Positions 17,241 through 64,000 of a stretch of 64,000 bases of DNA are shown one piece after another. Origin of the DNA: Flaccisagitta enflata (lineage: Eukaryota); the NCBI GenBank assembly GCA_965153355.1, contig OZ231126.1:40114001-40178000 (forward strand). The letters run 5' to 3'. Both the position numbers and the translations under genes were made by a program. The number at the start of each line of letters is the position of its first letter. Position 1 is the first letter of the stretch. Below the pieces are notes generated by a model, which saw nothing but the letters and a program-made list of their open reading frames with translations, searched no databases and had not been told where the DNA came from.

Positions 17241-17729
17241 TTTTCTTCCTTTTGGCATCAAAATAGCCTCCGTATCGTTACCCCTGCGGCAGGGGCCCTC
17301 CCAGACCACAGCCTATCATGGTCTTTGACTAGTTCCTGGTTAACCTGCCGAGCCTCCATGAGGACTCTATCCCGAAAACAGAAGCCACAGAAATTCTGAG
17401 CTTGGCGGAAGATAACCCACATGTTTTCCCCAGTTGCCTGCATTATCTATTTTTAGCAGCATCGCATGAAAGAATCAAAGGGGAAAAAAAGGAATTTCGA
17501 TGGAAGAACGGTTTGACATAGTGACATACAGACGGTATAAAACTACTTCCGCTCTCAGTCGCCAGGATTCGATTCGTCTAAACGAGAAGAGAGTGCTGGA
17601 GAAAACTGAGACAAAGAAGATCTCTCCATTAATCAAGATGCATTTTTATCTTTTCATCTTTTAAGAGCTAATGCAACTCAACAATCTTTTTTTCTCATTT
17701 CTAGAGTCTCTCTTACTCTCTCTCATCAT

Positions 17730-18030
17730 TTTTTAGATGCGTCCTCGCATCTCTATAAGAGGGTGTGTCCCTTGGTATGTTGGTTGGTTGGTAACGCGAA
17801 AATTTCTAAACGCATTTTTTAGGGTTTTCCCTTCATTTCTCTTCATGTCTCTTCATCTCTCTTATATTTCTCATGTCTCTATCGTCTCTTTTGTCTCTTT
17901 TGTCTCTTTTGTCTCTCATGGCTTCTATATGTCTCTTACGTCTCCTATGTCTCATATGTCTCTTATTTCTCTTATGTCTCATATGTCTAAAGAGGACGCA
18001 TCTATTGGACATCTCTTGGCCTTGTTTTTT
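17730..18030 (+). mobile_element. HINE-like variant family (AGATGCGTCCTCGCATCT 5' hairpin) with internal (ATGTCTCTT-like)n repeats
   Basis: TTTTAGATGCGTCCTCGCATCT...GAGGACGCATCT (3' inverted copy)...GGCCTTGTT. Related fragments at ~4281-4590 and ~47793-47850. Confidence 0.6.
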
Positions 18031-18338
18031 TCGTTTGTATCTTTTTCTTTTTTTCTTTTTTCCTTTGTATGTGTTTCTCTTTCTTCTTTGTTTCTTTGTT
18101 TCTTTGGTTCTTCGGTTCTTTGCTACTTTGTTACTTTGTTACTTTGTTAATTTGTTTCTTTGTTTCTTTGTTTCTTTATTTCTTCGTTGCTTTGTTCCTT
18201 TGTTCCTTTGTTCCTTTGTTCCTTTGTTTTTTTTTCCTTCGTTGCTTTATTGCTTTTCCCTTGTTCCTCAGTTGTTTTTTTTTTCTTCTTCTTCTTCTTC
18301 TTCTTCTTCTTCTTCTTCTTCTTCTTCTTCTTCTTCTT

Positions 18339-18369
<31 letters not shown>

Positions 18370-18601
18370 TTCTCCCTCTCTCTACGTAGCAGGTAAAAAA
18401 AATGATGACTTAGATAATCAAAAAAAAAAAAAAAAAAGAGAAAAGATAGTAACTTAAAATCCTCGAATAAATAAGGTCAGATGGTGGTTCTGGATGAATG
18501 AAATAAAGAGGTGCATGAAATGAAAAATGAGTAATAATGTTTCTTTTTTAGTGATAGCAGCATCTCACATTACATTTACGATGAGGTCAAATTGGACTCA
18601 C

Positions 18602-58026
<39,425 letters not shown>

Positions 58027-58830
58027 CTGGAATAACAAAAAGAAAAAAAAAGAATCATAAAAGCATCAAGAAAAGAAAAGGAGGGAAAAGAAATGATTGT
58101 AAGGAAAATGAAGAGAAGAAAGAAAGACCGAGATGAGTTCTTTTAAGGAAGGAAGAGCGGCTTACAACCATTAGGGGAACATTTGGTCTGGATTGCGGTC
58201 TTCCCAAATCGGTGAATGTTAAGGAAAGAGAAGGCGGCCTGGTATGGCAGGAGATGAGGTGGTGAGTGTTAAATGGGATTGGGGCTGGGGTAGGGACCAA
58301 GGTTGGGGCAGGAGAAAGGCCTGTGTCGAAATTTATTTTGCTGTTGATCCATATTCATAGTGGTCCTTGGATATCCACTTTAGATTTTCGCTTGGGTGTC
58401 ATTGTGTACATTGACCTTGAGTAGCTACAAACCAAAAAAGAGCATTTGACAACCGAAGACAAGAAATTCAATATTTAGACAAGTAGATGACATCCTCATT
58501 TTCATTTTTTCCATTATTGAATATTTTCTCATTCTTCATCTGCTCCGCTTCTTTTGGCAGCAGTTCGGGACAAGCATAGCCAATGACTTGTCTACTTAAT
58601 GAGACAATATTCGCCGTTTTGATGATATGATGATGATGATAACATAATGACATGAATCACATGAGGCTGTCATGCATCATGCTTTTTTAGACCCCAAGCT
58701 TCATTCCTTCAACCTTGAGGGAACGATTCTCCAGACATCTAAGCCCCGTCTAGCTATGATATTTACCCCTTTCTAATAGTTCGGTATTAAACCCTTTCAC
58801 ATGCAATATATAAGTCTAATTTCTCGATTG

Positions 58831-59399
58831 GTCATCCAAGGATCGCATATGGTCAGCGGTACACGATGCCCTGCTGGGAGTGATCCAGTGAAGAAATGGA
58901 GTGAGAGCAGGGCAGCGGCCCCAAAGGGCCGATGTCCTGTAGAACTCAGGGGGGAATTTCATGACGTCCGTCCTTCCGTCTATCCTGAGGGGGCTCTAGA
59001 TAACTGATACAGGCCACTGTAGGCCTATTTGAGGGCTGGAGGGCATAATTAAGGCACGGAGAGCTGATTTGAGGTTTGGAGGGCTGGTTTCATGCTTGGA
59101 GGGCTGATTGAAAGTCTGGAGGGCAGATTTGAAGTCTGGAGGGCAGTTTTGAGGCATGGGGGGGCTGATTTGAAGCCAAGAGGGCTGATTTGAGGCTTGG
59201 AGGGCTAAATTGAGGTCTGGGAGGGCTAATCTGAGGCCTAGATGGTCAATGGGGGGGGAGACGGACGGACGGATGGAAGGACGGATGGACGGATGGAAGG
59301 ACGGACGGACGGATGGAAGGACGGACGGACGGACGGACGTCTCGAAATTCCCCCCTGTGTTCTACAGGACATCGGCCCTTTGGGGCCGCAGCCCAAAAA
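58831..59399 (-). mobile_element. HINE-like family B element, close paralogue of 52485-53044
   Basis: Colinear and highly similar over its whole length. A degenerate copy lies at ~40222-40615; partial copies at ~8880-9000, ~14350-14435, ~16475-16560 and 63938-64000. Confidence 0.7.
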
Positions 59400-59661
59400 G
59401 GCTCCTATTTCCCCACTCCCCCCCCCCACAAAAAAAATCCTAAAATGCTGTCAGTTGTCAAGTAATGTCACGATTCCTACCTTCTTCGAAGGTTGAAAAA
59501 AGACTCAAAGAGACAAACACTATTACATGCATTCAAAATTTCTCAATCAGCGTCTCATAGGGTCGGTCAGAAACCGAACATTACATGAGGGGGAAAATTC
59601 GTCCTGCATAAACTCATTTATGTCCTCTGCGACTAAATCATCATGACGTAGAATTACTAAC

Positions 59662-59861
59662 AACAAGGCCGGATACACGGCCACCCCAGTCGCGTGCAGG
59701 TGGGCAGGGGCCATAACTGAGGTCAGTGGAACATTTGGGCAGAAGCAATAAGGCCAAAACCCTCATTAAGGCCGAAAAAGTAAAGTGTGACGGACGGACC
59801 AACGGACCGACGGACGGACCGACAAAGCGGGGTGTAGAGTCGCGTAGCACGCGACTAAAAA
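59662..59861 (-). mobile_element. HINE-like family A, complete copy
   Basis: AACAAGGCCGGATACACGGC ... GAGTCGCGTAGCACGCGACTAAAA. Confidence 0.75.
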
Positions 59862-60114
59862 GTAATATTGGGTTTAGGATACCACTTACGATCTATTGCA
59901 ATGTACGTGAGATGATTTTTTCATATCATGTTTTTTTTTTCTTTCTCTGTTTTTCCTTCGTTCATCTCTTTCCCCTTTTCTTCACATTTTTCAAGTTTCT
60001 ATTTTCCTGTCTTATATTTTAAAACCTTCGCCAAAGAAATTGAAGTCATCAACTTTTAAAAACATTCGGCGCCGTGGCTGATGTTGTTAGGTTGTTGTTG
60101 TTGTTGTTAGGTCG

Positions 60115-60191
<77 letters not shown>

Positions 60192-61542
60192 GCACTTACG
60201 CTCCAATCCCTTGCACATGCGTTATTTTATTCTTTTTTTCGGTTTTGTTAGCCGACATTCTACTTTGTCCTTGCTCCTCAGAAAGCTTTTCAGCAACCGT
60301 CAAGATGACAATCCAATTGTCACTTTTCCAATTCATTGATATATCTCTGCCTATTTGCCACACCATTACCATTTCATTCAGATAATTATATTATCCATCA
60401 GTATGTTTCTTCTGATGGTCAAACCACTACGCTTTCTCCGTTTCTCTTTTATAGTTCTCTTTCTTTTGTAGTTTAGAACTTATTATTATCTCTTTTTTCT
60501 TCTTCTTTTTTTTGCCGTCCTCCATTATAAAAGAAAAGTCATTTCAAAGATCGGTAAAGAAGAAGCTCCTCCATTAAGCGGCTGCCGTTTGAAAAATGAC
60601 ACTCTATACAACACATTCTTTTCCTCCTGATGACTCGGTTGATGGCTTCTTCACCCTTAACGCCTCCTACTCCTTTTCCTCCTCTGCCACCCTCTCCTCC
60701 TATTCTCCTTCTCTGCCACAAAGTGAAAAGCAGACGGCACCAGATGAAGATGCAATTGTGGGAATGATGAAGAAGGGGTGATGATGAGGATAAATAATAA
60801 GAGGGGGTTAACAATATCAGCTATAGGATATGTAAGGAAAGTAAATGTATGTAGAGGGTAGTGAAATGCATATTACAAAGGGCGAGATGGAAAGCTGTAG
60901 CTTGTCAGGAGGCGGGACTTGTTCGGGAATGATGTTAAGGAAATTGTTGTTAGTCCGTTTTATGGGTGGGATGCGATTGAGGGGGGGGGGTGTCGTAATG
61001 AACAATTCCGTAAAACTGTATCGAGCAATATAATCATAAAGAGCATAAGAATAAACAATTAACCTATATGCTATGATAGACAAATTAACAAAGTGACCAA
61101 TGGGGTGACTGACAGGCTGATGGACGGACGGACGGACTGAAAAGTGGCGTGTGCGCTACTAAAAAGGAAAAAGATAGGAAGATCAAAGAACATAGAAAGA
61201 AAAGATTTCAAGAAAATCGTGATGGGAATAAGGCAGAGAAAAATGAAGAGAAGGAGGTTGATGATGAAGAGGAGGAGGAGGAAGAGGAGGAGACGAAAGA
61301 GGAAAAGGAGAAGAAGGAGAGGAAACCGCAAGAAAAGGAGAAAGATTGAAAACTGAGCTAGAATTGAAAATGTGATGAGAAAACAATCATGATATATCGG
61401 GCTTATCATCATTGTCATTTTATCGCATTGTTACTTGGAGCGTTTCTTCATCATCATCATTAACATCATTAGCATCATCATCAAATGTTTTTGTTACTTG
61501 TTAGTATGTTTTGATGTTATCACATTCTAGACCATTTTGACA

Positions 61543-61861
61543 CAGGCCTGTATACTATTGAGTTCCCCCCCCCCCGGGAAAAAATCATAGGGTTTGGAGA
61601 TGGGGAAGGAATTCAAAGGGGGGGGAAGAGAAAAAAAGCAAATTTGGGGAAAATAAAACTTTTGACAATACTAAATCACAAAAACTAGTCAGTAAAACAT
61701 AATTTAACACTATTTAAACCTTAACTACACTGTTTTACTGCTTTATGGGGATGAAAACCATAGATTTCAAAACGCGATACATTGCGTCGTGGGGAAGAAA
61801 ATCAAAGGCAGGGGGGGGGGGCGGGAAAAAATCAAAGGCGACTCAATAATATACACCCCTG
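61543..61861. mobile_element. hAT-like MITE with 8-bp target-site duplication
   Basis: TIR CAGGCCTGTATACTATTGAGT vs ACTCAATAATATACACCCCTG; flanks TTTTGACA (61535-61542) and TCTTGACA (61862-61869). Confidence 0.8.
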
Positions 61862-62453
61862 TCTTGACATTTTCCGGTATCGAGGTCATCAATGATATTT
61901 TATCATAATTTTTCATGATCATCATTGATCAAGATTTTATGATAGGTTGTCACGGTTGTTTGGAACAGCGGTTAAAGACAGTCGGACCGACGGACAGCCC
62001 TCGGTTAGAGATGCAATGACGCATACAAAAACAAGAAAAAGAAATTCATCTTATCGTAAAGTTTGAATAAGAAGATAGATAAAATAAATTTGATACTCTA
62101 AAGGCGATCCTCCTCATCGCCACCAAGAAAGAAAGTATATCTGCATGAGAGATAGAAAAATTTATGGACTGGAAGAACGGGTATAAATTTCCATTTTTAA
62201 GAAAACCAGTGACGGGTGGCACAATAACCACATTCTCGATGACAATTGAAGATAATGAGATTTTTTCATCCTTTCTCTCCTCTTTTTCTAACTCCATTTT
62301 TTCTTCTCCGCTCAGACTCTCATTTTCTTAGATCTTCGTTCGATTTGTTATTTTCTTGGTCGATTTGTCTGTCGCTCTGTGGATCTCATTGCTGGTTCGT
62401 CTAACTGTTTGTCTGTTTGTCGATCAATCTTACTGACTATGTTTGAAGGTGTG

Positions 62454-62509
<56 letters not shown>

Positions 62510-63825
62510 GGGTGGCTTAAAGTGGGGTCATTTTCAAAATTAGCGTTGCCATTGGAGGAAATGAGACCATTTCCATCATAAATTTCATCCAATCCAAATT
62601 CCATCCAAAATTTTAGGGTAATTGGATGAAGTTCACTCATGACCGCCACCCCCCTATTTTCAATAGGAAATATACAGGAATGATTTTCTCCTCCAATGCT
62701 TCCTATACTTTACAGTGCGGCGCACAAAAAACAGGACAGTACATTTCTCTATATTTCTAGGCTCAAAATAATAGCATCATATCTTTATTGGTGACCAATT
62801 TGAAGCTCTTTGAAAGACAAAGCCCTTGCCGCAAACCGCTTTTAAATCGGTTAATTTGTTTGGACGCAGTGACGCTCTGACGAGAAGCTATAAGAAATAG
62901 AATGGGAAAAAACTAACTATGGAAAAAAACAAAAAGCGAACCACTTGTTTGTTAGTTTTTCACATCCATGCAATGAGAAAAACATAGCAAAATCCATGAC
63001 CATTTTGAAGCTCTGCAAAAGATCTTTCAAATGAGACCTTTCTGGATGCCCTGACTCAAACCGTTTAGAAATTTACCACGTGATTTTAAGGGGTTATCTT
63101 TATTCTAACATAAAAATTAGACTCATTGAGTTAGATATTTGTTCATAGCGCCATTTTAAAAAGAATTTAAAGCTCTTTAATTTGCCCCTGGATATCGAGT
63201 ATAAAAGAAAATCCTAAGCTTAATCATTGACAAAAACCGAAAGACTTTAAATGCTTGTTGGAAAAATTTGAAATAAGCACTTATTTCAATCAGCGATTTT
63301 TTTCTTCAAACCATCGCCATTTCTAAATAAATGAAGCTACAATGACCAGCAACATCGCATTTCGAAGATTTTTTGCAGGGCTTTCAAACGGTCATGAATT
63401 CTTTGTGTCTCAGGTCAACAGTTAAGCAGAAACTAGCATTACAAAGTGTCCTTTGCCATAGTTACTTTTACAGTTTGGTGCCACCTTACCATTGACTACC
63501 TCGCCAACTTATTTCCCTCAATGCCACGTTCTATGGAGCTTGTCATCCAGGCCGAAGGCGGATTCATCAACTACAAACTACATGAGTGACATATTCATCC
63601 GTATTTGGTTTGAACAATCCATTTTTGCGCATTAAAATACTATTGATACAAACTATCCTGTTTTTAATGCGGCGCACTGTATAATGGGAAAGGGGTGGGG
63701 TGGCGGTCATGAGTAAACTTCATTTGATCACCCCCAAGTTTGGGATTCTTCATGTATGAGGTAAATGATCACATTTTCTCCAATGGCATCATGAGATTTG
63801 ACTATGAGCCCACTTCAGGTCACCC
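62510..63825. mobile_element. Outer MITE (GGGTG termini, TA flanks) inserted in a (TG)n tract
   Basis: ta|GGGTGGCTTAAAGTGGGGTCAT...ACTCATGACCGCCACCCC vs GGGGTGGCGGTCATGAGT...ATGAGCCCACTTCAGGTCACCC|ta; (TG)n on both sides. Confidence 0.78.
62713..63679. mobile_element. Inner Tc1-like non-autonomous element nested in the outer MITE
   Basis: ta|CAGTGCGGCGCACAAAAAACAGGACAGT ... ACTATCCTGTTTTTAATGCGGCGCACTG|ta. Confidence 0.78.
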
Positions 63826-64000
63826 TAGTGTGTGTGTTTCTTTTATCTATTCCTCTATCGCCATTTTCCCTTCCACTTTTTCTCATTTTCGTTCCTCTCC
63901 ATCCACAATTTTCTCCCTTTCTTCTCTTTCCCTCTCCTTTTTGGGCAGCGGCTCCAAAGGGGTCCATGACCTATGCTTTCACACATATGGGGGATTTTCT

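Noticed and set aside
58356-58424. Plus-strand peptide STLDFRLGVI resembling the carboxylesterase xxNYRLG motif
   Set aside because: Wrong strand for the gene, followed shortly by a stop and lacking the GF...GN.GL.DQ continuation; treated as coincidence.
62046-62297. Minus-strand ORF with ENVVIVPPVTGFLKNGN as a candidate upstream esterase exon
   Set aside because: Lacks YRLG and DQ motifs and convincing splice sites; upstream exons more likely lie beyond 64000.

Overview
Repeat-rich eukaryotic (animal-like) DNA; the organism cannot be determined from the sequence. The only gene I can support is a spliced minus-strand gene of the carboxylesterase type-B / cholinesterase-fold family. I reconstructed six phase-compatible GT-AG exons by hand (58026-57917, 51261-51069, 45953-45755, 30962-30856, 26624-26499, 18849-18602; 983 nt, about 327 aa; introns 4.2-14.8 kb). 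All three catalytic-triad positions appear substituted (GEGAG for GESAG, NRHPG for NxxEG, LGVD for HGDE), and a poly-Ser microsatellite sits in the His loop, so it looks like a cholinesterase-like pseudoenzyme. Its 5' exons probably lie beyond the window and its 3' exon(s) were not identified. The rest of the window holds: a strand-asymmetric ~80-bp tandem satellite at the left edge (1-2173), roughly 25 copies of short DINE-1/HINE-like (Helentron-type) elements in several subfamilies, a second HINE-like family carrying 20-21-bp minisatellites, many MITE-like foldback elements (some nested), a 2.2-kb tandem duplication and abundant microsatellites. Nearly all ORFs in the supplied track are microsatellite or repeat artefacts. 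No RNA genes or CRISPR-cas were recognised.
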